Shown here piece by piece: positions 1 to 8,693 of a stretch of DNA of 49,949 nt (the first letter of the stretch is position 1; every line of letters begins with the position of its first letter). A model generated the notes under the pieces. That model saw only the letters and a program-made list of their open reading frames with translations. It did not search any database and was not told the origin of the DNA. Source of the DNA: Nitrososphaerota archaeon (GTDB lineage Archaea; Thermoproteota; Nitrososphaeria; Nitrososphaerales; Gagatemarchaeaceae); NCBI GenBank assembly GCA_003135575.1, contig PLCG01000110.1, positions 1-49,949 of the forward strand. The letters are read 5' to 3'. Both the position numbers and the translations under genes were made by a program.

Positions 1-238
1 AGCCAAGGGTCCGCGCCGGCCGTGGTAGCCCGAGCCGCTCCGCGAGCGCGACCCCCTGGTCGACAGCCCGCTCGAGCCTCTCCCTTGTGGGGTTTCCCGA
101 CCTGGAGTACTCGTAGCCCTTGGTCTTCCCTATCTTTGCCTGGGCGAAGGTCGAGGAGGTGTAGATGGGCGGCGTGACCGCACCCGTGAGCTCGTCAGGT
201 TCGTTGCCGACGTGGACGGCACGCGTGTCAAAGCGCAT
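1..238 (-). CDS. Cys/Met-metabolism PLP-dependent enzyme (cystathionine gamma-synthase/lyase family), N-terminal fragment truncated by the window edge
   Basis: Not in the ORF track. Reverse translation from the ATG at 238-236 gives MRFDTRAVHVGNEPDELTGAVTPPIYTSSTFAQAKIGKTKGYEYSRSGNPTRERLE, which is the typical N-terminus of this family. It lies 26 nt downstream of the cysteine-synthase-like gene on the same strand. Confidence 0.6.
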   Translation of the reverse strand, partial: MRFDTRAVHVGNEPDELTGAVTPPIYTSSTFAQAKIGKTKGYEYSRSGNPTRERLERAVDQGVALAERLGLPRPARTLG

Positions 239-264
239 GGAGGGACGGGCCAGTCTGCGTGACT

Positions 265-1284
265 TTAATCTTGCGAGAGGCCGTGCTCTTTCAGCCAACC
301 CGGGTTGTAGACCTTGCTCAGGTAGCTCCTGCCGGAGTCGGGGATGATGACGACTATGAGCTTCAGGCTGGGCATCCTCCTCGCGAGCTCCAGGGCTCCG
401 GCCACCGCGCTGCCCGACGAACCCCCCGCGAGGATGCCTTCTTCGAGGACCAGCCGGTGAGCAGTGGCGATGCTCTCTGCGTCGCTCACCCTGATTATCT
501 CGTCTACGACGCTCTGGTCATAAGTCCCGGGGACAAAGTCCTCCCCGACGCCCTCGACGAGATATGGGTGAAGCGGGTCTGTCGTGCCGTGCTTGAGGTT
601 CCCGTAGATCGAGCCCTCGGGTTCCACGCCCACCACGAGAAGGGACTTGCGCTTCCGCTTCAGGTATCTCCCCGCCCCTGAGATGGTGCCGCCTGTGCCC
701 ACCCCCGCGACGAACGCGTCTACCTTCCCCTTGGTCTGGCGCCATATCTCTGGCCCCGTAGTCGCATAGTGCGCCTTCGGGTTGCCTTCGTTCTGGTATT
801 GGTTCGGCATGAAGGAGTTAGGCGTCTCCCGCTGGAGCCTGCGCGCGACATTGACATAGTGGGCCGGGGAGTTCGGGGTAAGGTCAGTGGGAGCGACCAC
901 AATCTTAGCCCCATAGGCACGGAGGAGCGTCCGCTTCTCCTCGCTCACCTTGTCTGGCATCGTGAAGATCACCTTGTAGCCCCGCACCGCAGCCAGCATG
1001 GCGAGGCCGACGCCCGTGTTACCTGAGGTCGGCTCGATGAGCGTCCCTCCCTTCTTCAGGAGGTGCTTCTTCTCCGCGTCGGCGATGAGATACGCAGCGA
1101 TCCTGTCTTTCACGGAGCCGCCCGGGTTCATGAACTCAAGCTTGGCATAGACCCGAGGCTTCAGCCCTCGCGCGATCCTCCCAAGCCTGACGATGGGCGT
1201 GTTCCCGATGACGTCGAGGATGCTCTCACCCACGCTCAATTCGAATCTTCCCCCTCCTCGATTTGTTATTATCCCTTCGGACAC
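265..1284 (-). CDS. Cysteine synthase / cystathionine beta-synthase family PLP enzyme
   Basis: 339 aa ORF. Family motifs are NPGGSVKDR (PLP lysine region) and SGNTG. Overall similarity to CysK/CysM/CBS catalytic domains judged by eye. Confidence 0.85.
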   Translation of the reverse strand: MSEGIITNRGGGRFELSVGESILDVIGNTPIVRLGRIARGLKPRVYAKLEFMNPGGSVKDRIAAYLIADAEKKHLLKKGGTLIEPTSGNTGVGLAMLAAVRGYKVIFTMPDKVSEEKRTLLRAYGAKIVVAPTDLTPNSPAHYVNVARRLQRETPNSFMPNQYQNEGNPKAHYATTGPEIWRQTKGKVDAFVAGVGTGGTISGAGRYLKRKRKSLLVVGVEPEGSIYGNLKHGTTDPLHPYLVEGVGEDFVPGTYDQSVVDEIIRVSDAESIATAHRLVLEEGILAGGSSGSAVAGALELARRMPSLKLIVVIIPDSGRSYLSKVYNPGWLKEHGLSQD

Positions 1285-1341
1285 TACGAAGGCACAAAGC
1301 TGTTAAGCCGAACTCGGGACGGTGAGACGCAACGCAAGTGC

Positions 1342-1429
1342 GCGGGGGTCGCCAAGCCTGGTCAACGGCGTGGGGCTTAGGACCCCATCCCTTAGGGGTT
1401 CGTGGGTTCGAATCCCACCTCCCGCACCA
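1342..1429 (+). tRNA. tRNA-Leu (anticodon UAG), class II, CCA encoded
   Basis: Acceptor stem GCGGGGG/CTCCCGC. Anticodon arm GGGG-CTTAGGA-CCCC. Long variable arm. T arm GTGGG-TTCGAAT-CCCAC. Discriminator A followed by CCA. Confidence 0.9.
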
Positions 1430-1462
1430 TCTTTCAAAAAGAAGCGGTTATTCAGATTCTGC

Positions 1463-2341
1463 TCAATTGAACTCTTTTCTTTCGAAGAGAATCAATCCAA
1501 GCGCGGCTGTGACGAGGAAGTAGACAGCGATTATCGCGAGGCCTTCAGGAATCGTGACGTTGAAGGTTGTGAACGTGGGGGCAGCTGCGCCGCCACGGCC
1601 GCCGAAGCCAGCGATTGTCGTGATGTGCTCAGGATATGTGGTTGTGAGCACGTTGCCTATTATCTGGGAGCCGTATGTCAGGATGAACCACGGCTCGACC
1701 TGTGCGAGGGCGGAGACGAGGGTCTGTATTAGCGTGAACGCGAAGAGGAACAAGATAGCAGTTACCAAGATGGAGTACGAGGTGCTCTTGAAGAGCGAGC
1801 TGAAGAAGAACGTGAATCCCAAGACAGCGACGAGATAGAACCATGCGAACAGGAATGACTCGCCGAACTGCCAGGGGATACTCACTCCTGGGAAATAGTA
1901 CGTCTCGTTGGCCAAGGTTATCACCGTGAAGATGAGGAGTATTATTGATGCCGCGATGAAAGCTGAGAGCCATTTCCCGACGTAGATGCTCGATCTCCTG
2001 ATTGGGTTAGGTAGCGTGAAGTATCCGGTCTTGTTCTGAAACTCACCGGAGATTGCGTCGCCTCCGAAGAAAATCCCGGAGAGCACCGTGATGAACGTCA
2101 CGGACATTCCCCACCACCCCGAAAGAAATGCGAGTGGAGAGCCGAGGAAACCCGCCGGTCTGTAGTACCCGATTACGCCTGTGAGGATTCCGCTTATGAT
2201 GAATGTGATGCCGAGGAGTATCACGAATCTCCGAGACCTAAGGTAGTCGAGGAAGCTGTATCTCATGACAACGCCAACTTGCGCGATGCTCCCTGGTACC
2301 TTATGCCCGACCTCCGTTGTTGGTTTTTCCATGGGTATCAC
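1463..2341 (-). CDS. ABC-2 type transporter permease
   Basis: 292 aa with multiple hydrophobic spans. 4-nt overlap with the upstream ABC ATPase gene. Confidence 0.75.
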   Translation of the reverse strand: MIPMEKPTTEVGHKVPGSIAQVGVVMRYSFLDYLRSRRFVILLGITFIISGILTGVIGYYRPAGFLGSPLAFLSGWWGMSVTFITVLSGIFFGGDAISGEFQNKTGYFTLPNPIRRSSIYVGKWLSAFIAASIILLIFTVITLANETYYFPGVSIPWQFGESFLFAWFYLVAVLGFTFFFSSLFKSTSYSILVTAILFLFAFTLIQTLVSALAQVEPWFILTYGSQIIGNVLTTTYPEHITTIAGFGGRGGAAAPTFTTFNVTIPEGLAIIAVYFLVTAALGLILFERKEFN

Positions 2342-3285
2342 AGGGTGTCCTTAATCAGGTTAAGGTATGATTCCTCGAGGGCAGACGATGCCGGTTTGTA
2401 GCTGACTACGCCGATGTTCAGTCTCACCAGATCTGAAAGTACCTTCTCCTGGATGTCCAGGCCGCCGCTGCATTTGATCCGAAGGTTCTTGTCGTCTTTT
2501 TTCTCCGCTGAGACTACGCCTTGGATGACTGCAATGTTTTTTTCCATGATGGAGGAGTCAATCGGCCGTATCAGCTCCACTTCCACTATGTTTGCGCCTC
2601 CTGCGAACTTTGCAGTGACGTTCGGAAGCGTGTCGTAGACCAATAGCTTGCCGTGGTCGATCATGGCCACCTCGTCGCAGACGTCGGCGACTTCGCTGAG
2701 GATGTGGGAGCTCATGAAAATCAGTCTGTCCTTCTTCTTCAGCGACTTGACGATGTCCCTTACTTCACTCATCCCTCGAGGGTCGAGTCCGGTGGTGGGT
2801 TCGTCCAACAGGACGATTGTGGGGTCGCTCAAGAGTGCTGATGCGATGCAAATCCTCTGCTTCATTCCCTTGGAGAACTTGCCAACCCTCTTGTTGGCCC
2901 ACTCTTGCATTCCGACTTCGACAATTACATCCTCAATCTTCTTCTTCCTCTCGGAGTGAGGAATACCCCTTATGGCGGATATCATCCCGAGGGCCTCCGT
3001 CGGGGTCAAGGATGGGTAGATTTCAGGGGTCTCGATTACGGTGCCGACGTTCGCAAGTGCGGCCTTCTTGTGAGTGTGGACGTTGTTCCCGTTAATCAGC
3101 GCCTCGCCCGAAGACTGTCTTATCAGGTCGGTGAATATCTTGAGCGTAGTGGTCTTGCCCGCGCCGTTAGGGCCCAGGAATCCCACGCACTTGGAGCCCT
3201 CAATTTTCAGGTTGAGGTTAGACAGGGCAGTGAAAGAGCCGTATGTCTTTGATAGGTTCACGGCCTCTATCGATGGATTCGTCAA
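2338..3285 (-). CDS. ABC transporter ATP-binding protein
   Basis: Walker A GPNGAGKTT, signature FSKGMKQR, Walker B IVLLDEPTTGLD. Confidence 0.9.
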   Translation of the reverse strand: MTNPSIEAVNLSKTYGSFTALSNLNLKIEGSKCVGFLGPNGAGKTTTLKIFTDLIRQSSGEALINGNNVHTHKKAALANVGTVIETPEIYPSLTPTEALGMISAIRGIPHSERKKKIEDVIVEVGMQEWANKRVGKFSKGMKQRICIASALLSDPTIVLLDEPTTGLDPRGMSEVRDIVKSLKKKDRLIFMSSHILSEVADVCDEVAMIDHGKLLVYDTLPNVTAKFAGGANIVEVELIRPIDSSIMEKNIAVIQGVVSAEKKDDKNLRIKCSGGLDIQEKVLSDLVRLNIGVVSYKPASSALEESYLNLIKDTL

Positions 3286-3307
3286 GACGTTGTCGCCTGT
3301 GCTGCTC

Positions 3308-4084
3308 CTAGCTAACTACCTTTCTGAACAAGTAGACGGTGACGCTCATCGTCACAAGCGCTATCAGCGCTATCACTGCTAATGACGTGACCTCGGCGCT
3401 CAAGGAGAACGCGTTTGGCAACGCCAAGTCCCTCACCGCGGTGGTCGCGAAGCTGATGGGGTTGACGCTGGACACGTCTTGCATCCAGGTCGGCATCGCG
3501 CTGCCTGGCACCAACGCCGTGCTGATGAAGAGCAGTGGGAACGTGAGAAAGGCGCCGATGCCAAAGACCGTCTCCGCGCTCTTGGTCCTTAGTCCGAGCG
3601 TCAAGGAGATTCCCGACCAAGCGAACCCGAAGAACGCGATGATGAAGAGGGTGAGCAGTATGCCGGCGATTCCGGTCGCCATGTTGAAGCCCAACAGGTA
3701 TGCCAAGCCGAGGATGATTGCCGACTGGACGGTGACCCGGAACGCGTCGGTCGCGAGCCTTCCGATTAGTATGGCGGGGCGGCTGACCTGCGTCACGAGC
3801 ATCTTCTGTAGGAACCCTGAGTTCAGGTCCTCCACAATCGACGTCCCAGATTGCAGGGCGCTGCTGAAGGCATTCTGCATTAAAATCCCGGGAGTGGCGA
3901 ACTCGAGATACGTGATTCCGGAGGGGAAGAGACCCGGGACTTGGGAGAACTTGGAGAACAGCTGAGTGAAGAGCACGAGGAAGATTATCGGCTGAAACAG
4001 CGAGAAGAAGATGAGGATGGGATTACGGACGAGCTTCTTCAGCGCCCTTACGAACAGAAACTGCGTGTCGAAAAGCAGCGTCAT
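3308..4084 (-). CDS. ABC-2 type transporter permease
   Basis: 258 aa polytopic membrane protein directly downstream of a DrrA-like ATPase. Confidence 0.75.
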   Translation of the reverse strand: MTLLFDTQFLFVRALKKLVRNPILIFFSLFQPIIFLVLFTQLFSKFSQVPGLFPSGITYLEFATPGILMQNAFSSALQSGTSIVEDLNSGFLQKMLVTQVSRPAILIGRLATDAFRVTVQSAIILGLAYLLGFNMATGIAGILLTLFIIAFFGFAWSGISLTLGLRTKSAETVFGIGAFLTFPLLFISTALVPGSAMPTWMQDVSSVNPISFATTAVRDLALPNAFSLSAEVTSLAVIALIALVTMSVTVYLFRKVVS

Positions 4085-4089
4085 GCTCT

Positions 4090-5124
4090 CTATCTTCTCC
4101 TGCTCCCGAACCTTCCAGTAGTGACTTCCTTCACCAGCTCTTCAGTCCTGATCCTCTTGCCGGTGTGCTTCAGGAAGACGTCGTCGAGGCTTGGCGTTGA
4201 GATGTTGATTGACACGAGCTCGATGTCGGTCTTGTCGAATGCCCTGACGAGCTCGGGGACAAACAGCCCGCCATTCTTCACGTAGATGGTCAGCCCCTCC
4301 TCGGTGTCCACGGTCTTAATCACAGCGGGAATCTTCGAGAGCAGTTCCTTGGCTGCTGCCTTCGTTGCGACCTTGTCGCCCGCGCTTTTCTTGTCTTGGA
4401 CGGTGATGGTGATGGCGTCGGCGCCGATATCCTTCTTTAGGCCGACCGGTGAACCCTCCGCGACAATCTTACCCGCGTCAATGATGCATAGCCGCTGGCA
4501 AAGTCTGTCCGCCTCTTCCAGATACTGCGTAGTGAGGAATATCGTGATACCGTCCTTCTTGTTGAGCTCCTCGAGGTAGTCCCACACGGTCGCGCGCGAC
4601 TGGGGGTCGAGGCCAGTGGTCGGCTCGTCCAAGAAGAGGACTTTTGGCTTGTGGACCAGCGTGGAAGCGAGATCGAGCCTCTTCTTCATTCCGCCAGAAT
4701 AGCGGCCCGCCCGCTTGTCGGCCGCGTCTTTCAGCCCGACGACCTCAAGGAGCTTGTCCACCCTCTCCTCCAGCTCTTTGCCCTTCATCTGCTGCAAGTG
4801 TCCCAGCAGAATTATGTTCTCCCTGCCGGTCAGTTCGGGGTCGACCGAGGTCTCTTGGCTCTGGACACCGATGATTTTCCTGATTTCCTTTGCTTCCTTG
4901 TCGAGGTCTAGGCCCGCGACGGAGACAGACCCCGAAGTCTTCCTAAGCAATGTGGTAAGAATCTTGATTGTTGTGCTCTTGCCCGCGCCGTTAGGCCCTA
5001 GAAAGCCGAAGAACTCGCCCTCGTTCACCTTGAAGGAAATGCCGTCGACGGCTTTAGTCCCGTCAGCGTAAACCTCGACGAGATCGCTAACGGAGATGAT
5101 GTCTGGCAAGGCTCTGCCGTGCAC
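4090..5124 (-). CDS. ABC transporter ATP-binding protein (DrrA-like, with C-terminal extension)
   Basis: Walker A GPNGAGKST, signature YSGGMKKR, Walker B VLFLDEPTTGLD. Confidence 0.9.
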   Translation of the reverse strand: MHGRALPDIISVSDLVEVYADGTKAVDGISFKVNEGEFFGFLGPNGAGKSTTIKILTTLLRKTSGSVSVAGLDLDKEAKEIRKIIGVQSQETSVDPELTGRENIILLGHLQQMKGKELEERVDKLLEVVGLKDAADKRAGRYSGGMKKRLDLASTLVHKPKVLFLDEPTTGLDPQSRATVWDYLEELNKKDGITIFLTTQYLEEADRLCQRLCIIDAGKIVAEGSPVGLKKDIGADAITITVQDKKSAGDKVATKAAAKELLSKIPAVIKTVDTEEGLTIYVKNGGLFVPELVRAFDKTDIELVSINISTPSLDDVFLKHTGKRIRTEELVKEVTTGRFGSRRR

Positions 5125-5200
5125 GCGCTCAGCTGGGTTTTATAAGTATATCGAATACGATACTGATAGTAGTCACAATACACTGTAGTATTTCAACACC

Positions 5201-5207
5201 TTATATA
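5201..5207 (+). promoter_or_regulatory. Candidate TATA box for the PadR gene (short or no leader)
   Basis: TTATATA lies 26-32 nt upstream of the ATG at 5233. A second TATA-like element, TTTATAAG at about 5138-5146, faces the divergent ABC operon. Confidence 0.35.
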
Positions 5208-5232
5208 GACGGGGTCGTGAAGAATTATTGTA

Positions 5233-5787
5233 ATGTCCGAGTCTGGAGCGAAGAAGTGGATACATCCACAGACGGTGCCTCGAGGGATTCTTCGCCTCTA
5301 CATCTTGTCGATGTTGTCCAAGAAGACTGAGACAGGTTACTCGATAATGCAGACAATCGAGGACAAGACTGAGGGCGCATGGAGGCCTGGTCCTGGGACG
5401 GTCTATCCGTTGCTCAGAAGCCTAGTCAAGGAGGGTCTCCTCGAAAGGCTCGGGTCATTGGAAGATGGGGCGGCGGTGAAGTATTCTGCGACCAAGAAGG
5501 GAAAGCAAGAGCTGGAGGAGATGCAGCGGACTTTGGCTTCGGCTGGAAAGAGGGAGCGCGTCATGATCCGCCTCTTCGCGGATCTGCTGCCTCCCGGGGC
5601 GTGGGCGTCTGCGTTCATGAATCGTGGGAGAGAGATTTTCGACGTCTTCCAAGAGAAGATTTCTCAGATCCCCCAACCTCAACGTGATACCATGCTCAAA
5701 GAGGCTCGGTCGATGTTCGACGCGAATATTTCGTGGGTCGACTCGCAGCTCCGACACAAGAAGAAGCGCGTCTCTGAAGAGCAGTAG
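5233..5787 (+). CDS. PadR-family transcriptional regulator
   Basis: The N-terminal wHTH segment GYSIMQTIEDKTEGAWRPGPGTVYPLLRSLVKEGLL is typical of PadR. Divergent from the ABC exporter genes. Confidence 0.8.
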   Translation: MSESGAKKWIHPQTVPRGILRLYILSMLSKKTETGYSIMQTIEDKTEGAWRPGPGTVYPLLRSLVKEGLLERLGSLEDGAAVKYSATKKGKQELEEMQRTLASAGKRERVMIRLFADLLPPGAWASAFMNRGREIFDVFQEKISQIPQPQRDTMLKEARSMFDANISWVDSQLRHKKKRVSEEQ

Positions 5788-5807
5788 AGCCAGAAGCTTA
5801 GGACGCC

Positions 5808-6170
5808 TTAGTGGTTGGCGGGTATCCTCGACACGATTGACTTTCCAAGTTCTGTCAGTTGGTACTTGCCGGCGTCCCCAAAGAACTGGACGTGGTACTC
5901 GACGAACCCGAGGGCCATCAGTTCTTTGATATGCAGCAGTGTCCTCCATTGGGAGTTGTTCCCAAGGAGCTTGTCGAGCTGGGCGTTGGAGAGGCCGTCT
6001 GGGCCATTTGCTAAAGCCAGCAGGATGGTGACGAGTTCGTCTTCGCGGAAGACCATTTGCAGAGTCTTCTCCTGCTCCTTCGACTCTGATGGCCAGAACC
6101 AGATGCCCTTCATCGTTGGAGTCGACCCGACGGCATTGATAAGGGAAGCGAGTGATTGAATTGGTTTCAC
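5808..6170 (-). CDS. Hypothetical winged-helix-like protein
   Basis: 120 aa. The segment ELVTILLALANGPDGLSNAQLDKLLG...LMALGFVEY resembles a wHTH. The opposite-strand ORF looks like shadow sequence. Confidence 0.5.
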   Translation of the reverse strand: MKPIQSLASLINAVGSTPTMKGIWFWPSESKEQEKTLQMVFREDELVTILLALANGPDGLSNAQLDKLLGNNSQWRTLLHIKELMALGFVEYHVQFFGDAGKYQLTELGKSIVSRIPANH

Positions 6171-6235
6171 GATTGAATCAACTGTTTTTCGTCTGACTGG
6201 AGAAAAGGAATTATGATGTTACGTGTCTGGTCTTT

Positions 6236-6490
6236 ATGGAAGTAATCACCCAATACGCGGATCACAGAGCCGAGATAGAAGAACGGATTCGTTCGCTGGA
6301 ATCTGAGCAGACGACCCTCCTGACCGAGATTGCAAGTCTCAAGGAGAAACTCACCACTCTCGAACTCGAGAGACACGCCACCTCCCTGTCCAACGAGGTC
6401 GAGGCCTTGAGGACGGAGAAGGCCGTGTTGGAAGAGAAAGTCGCCACGTACTCCAGCCCTATCGCCCCGAGCGAAAGCTACACAGTCTAG
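6236..6490 (+). CDS. Hypothetical coiled-coil protein
   Basis: 84 aa, heptad-like and E/L/K-rich. The overlapping antisense 162-aa ORF is Arg-rich nonsense. Confidence 0.5.
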   Translation: MEVITQYADHRAEIEERIRSLESEQTTLLTEIASLKEKLTTLELERHATSLSNEVEALRTEKAVLEEKVATYSSPIAPSESYTV

Positions 6491-6506
6491 CTGGTCACAA
6501 CTCTGA

Positions 6507-6932
6507 CTAGCGAAGCCTGCTCGCCTTCTCCTCGAGCTCTCCCTTCTCTTTTCTAAGATAGGCGACGTGCTTCTCCAGAGCCTCGAGTTTCGATTCCAAG
6601 GCCCTGGTCTCCGCGTCTCTCTTGCTTCTGTCGACGACCTTCTGGAGGTCTGCATACTCCTTGTCCATGGCTCCGATTCGTTTCTCCAGGTCCTGGTTCG
6701 TCTTCTTCAGGTTCTTGATGTCAGTCTGGATTTTGCCTAGTTGCTCCTCCGCCACGAGAAGGTAGTGCTGCCTGCTCACGACGGTGGGGAACTTCGTGCC
6801 GCATTTGTCGCAGCTATACATGCCGACCTTCCTCTGGGTTAGGCCGCGTTCGCCTTCCTTCGGCTCAACGATAACAGTAAAGAGCTTCGTTGGTGTCGCA
6901 ATCGCAGTTCCGCAGTTTGGGCAGGAGGGCAA
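6507..6932 (-). CDS. Hypothetical zinc-ribbon plus coiled-coil protein
   Basis: N-terminal CPNCG...CDKCG (CxxC x31 CxxC) followed by about 80 aa of coiled-coil sequence. Confidence 0.6.
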   Translation of the reverse strand: MPSCPNCGTAIATPTKLFTVIVEPKEGERGLTQRKVGMYSCDKCGTKFPTVVSRQHYLLVAEEQLGKIQTDIKNLKKTNQDLEKRIGAMDKEYADLQKVVDRSKRDAETRALESKLEALEKHVAYLRKEKGELEEKASRLR

Positions 6933-6971
6933 GCGCTAGCCTTGGCGTGGAGACTTTATGTTAAATCTTTG

Positions 6972-7265
6972 CTACTCGCGGATTGACTCTAGGTCGGAAA
7001 CCGCCGACCAGAGTATGACTCTCGCGAACGAGGACATGTTAGGGTCTTGGGCGACCTCGTCGAGCATACTGATTGCGTTCGCAGCCCTTACGGCCAGGCT
7101 CACCTTCGGGTCTTGGAGGGCAATGATCGAGTCCTTCACTATCTTCCTTATGTTGCGCGGCGTGATGTTCGAATCGGCAATCTGCTGAAGGCTCGCGCTA
7201 GCCTTCGCTAGCCTGCCGTCGTTCTGTTGCTGCTTCTTCTCTCTGTTCGCCTTTGTGGTACTCAT
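6972..7265 (-). CDS. UPF0147-family small archaeal protein
   Basis: 97 aa. The pattern TPRNIRK...AL....S.AVRAANAIS.LDE...DPNM....R..LW matches my recollection of UPF0147 members. Confidence 0.6.
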   Translation of the reverse strand: MSTTKANREKKQQQNDGRLAKASASLQQIADSNITPRNIRKIVKDSIIALQDPKVSLAVRAANAISMLDEVAQDPNMSSFARVILWSAVSDLESIRE

Positions 7266-7383
7266 GATTAGCTATCCAGTGATTAAGCGCGGAGTTTCCT
7301 GTGCCTCCCAGCCTTGCATATTTGGCTTTCTATAGCGAGCTAGATGGTTTATAACTCCGGACGGAGGTCGAGTTCGAATCTAG

Positions 7384-7725
7384 TTGAGCACCACCACCGC
7401 GAAGATGAAGACCACCGTCGAGTTGATGAGACGGGGAGCTGTCATGATCAAGGAGCCCTGCTCCGTCTGCAACGGGGTGCAGTTGAGATACAAAGGGAAG
7501 GTTTACTGCAGCAACCATGACGACCTGGCGGTCGCTCTCCAGGCCAAGGAGATACTCTTCCCGGATGTCGCTGAGGACCTGAAGAACCTACTTTTGGTCA
7601 AACTGAAAGAGTCAATGTCGCTCCTAGAGAACGAGAAGGATTCAGCGGAGCTAGACAGGCTCGTCTCCCTGATGACAAGGTATGTCGAGCTGCTTCGAAA
7701 GCTGGAACCTGCTCAAAGAGCTTAA
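7384..7725 (+). CDS. UPF0148 / autoantigen-p27-like zinc-ribbon protein
   Basis: LMRRGAVMIKEPCSVCNGVQLRYKGKVYCSNH followed by a helical tail. The start could be TTG 7384 or ATG 7405. Confidence 0.55.
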   Translation: MSTTTAKMKTTVELMRRGAVMIKEPCSVCNGVQLRYKGKVYCSNHDDLAVALQAKEILFPDVAEDLKNLLLVKLKESMSLLENEKDSAELDRLVSLMTRYVELLRKLEPAQRA

Positions 7726-7752
7726 ATCGGTAGAGCGTCCGGAGCACACTAA

Positions 7753-8226
7753 ATGGTCCTGCGAATAGGCCAGAGGGTGCCCGACTTTTCTCTGCCCGAC
7801 ACCAACAAGCAAGAGAGGAAGCTGTCGGAGTTCACGCAAAAAGGAAAGACCGTGTTGCTCTTCTTCCCGTTCGCCTTCTCAGGAGTTTGCGACAAGGAGA
7901 TGTGTGTGTTCAGGGATGGTGCGACCAAACTTAACTCGCTCAACGCGCAAACGGTGGGCATCAGTGTGGATAGTCTCTTCACGTTGAAGGTCTTCGCACA
8001 GACCTACAACCTGCAGTTCCCCCTCCTTAGCGACTTCAACAAGAAGGTCTCGAAGGCCTATGACGTCCTTCAGGACCCTTGGCCGGGATTCGGATACAAG
8101 GGCGTCTCCAAGCGTGCGGCCCTCGTCCTTGACGGCAAGGGAATCCTCAGGTACAAGTGGGTGACCGACGCCCCCTCAAACGAGCCTCCTTACGAAGAGA
8201 TTATGTTAGCTCTGGGCAAGCTCTAA
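7753..8226 (+). CDS. bcp: Peroxiredoxin, Bcp/PrxQ-like (AhpC/TSA family)
   Basis: FPFAFSGVCDKEMC (Cx4C) in a thioredoxin-fold context. 157 aa. Confidence 0.8.
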   Translation: MVLRIGQRVPDFSLPDTNKQERKLSEFTQKGKTVLLFFPFAFSGVCDKEMCVFRDGATKLNSLNAQTVGISVDSLFTLKVFAQTYNLQFPLLSDFNKKVSKAYDVLQDPWPGFGYKGVSKRAALVLDGKGILRYKWVTDAPSNEPPYEEIMLALGKL

Positions 8227-8284
8227 CGAATGCGTGAGAAGTAGGTCTCCTTTTATAGGAGTTAAGCGGCCTATTTTTCGTAAA

Positions 8285-8647
8285 ATGTCGTCAGAGGCAA
8301 CGAAGATGATCAAGCCGGTGGTGGACATCACGGAGAACGCTGCCTCAGAACTGAAGACTTACCTCGCAAAACAGGACAAACCGATGGCTGGTCTGAGGGT
8401 CTTCGTCTCGGCGGGCGGGTGCTCTGGCCTCTCGTACGGCATGGTCCCCGAAGAGAAGTCGACCGACGACGACTACGTCATAGTGCAGCACGGAGCGAAA
8501 CTGATTGTCGACAAGTCGAGCATGCCGTTTATCGCCGGATCTGTGATTGATTTCCAGTCCGACAAGTTGATGGGTGGTGGGTTCGTGGTTAAGAATCCGA
8601 ACGCGGTTTCCACCTGCGGATGCGGCGAATCTTTCAAGACTGAGTAA
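8285..8647 (+). CDS. HesB/IscA-family iron-sulfur cluster insertion protein
   Basis: GGCSGLSYG and C-terminal CGCGESF motifs. I chose the internal ATG at 8285 rather than the GTG at 8234. Confidence 0.8.
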   Translation: MSSEATKMIKPVVDITENAASELKTYLAKQDKPMAGLRVFVSAGGCSGLSYGMVPEEKSTDDDYVIVQHGAKLIVDKSSMPFIAGSVIDFQSDKLMGGGFVVKNPNAVSTCGCGESFKTE

Positions 8648-8693
8648 GGCCGATACTTCAAACCTATATTGGGTTGCAAGCCCAGTGGAGGCC

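Noticed and set aside
5146-5163. Short inverted repeat TATCG-aata-CGATA in the PadR / ABC divergent promoter, as a possible PadR operator.
   Set aside because: The arms are only 5 bp and lie within an AT-rich promoter region. The evidence is insufficient on its own.
6167-6655. 162-aa minus-strand ORF.
   Set aside because: Extremely Arg/Ser-rich. It overlaps two better candidates: the 84-aa coiled-coil ORF on the plus strand and the 3' end of the zinc-ribbon/coiled-coil gene.
7340-7392. tRNA-like T-arm sequence GGTCGAGTTCGAATCTAG followed by ...GCACCA. Nearby there is a CTAGAT...ATCTAG inverted repeat and a CTCCGGACGGAG hairpin.
   Set aside because: The putative T stem (TCGAG/CTAGT) does not pair. 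No D arm, anticodon arm or acceptor partner can be found upstream. The segment overlaps the TATA box and 5' end of the UPF0148-like gene. It may be a minor regulatory hairpin, but it is not a tRNA.
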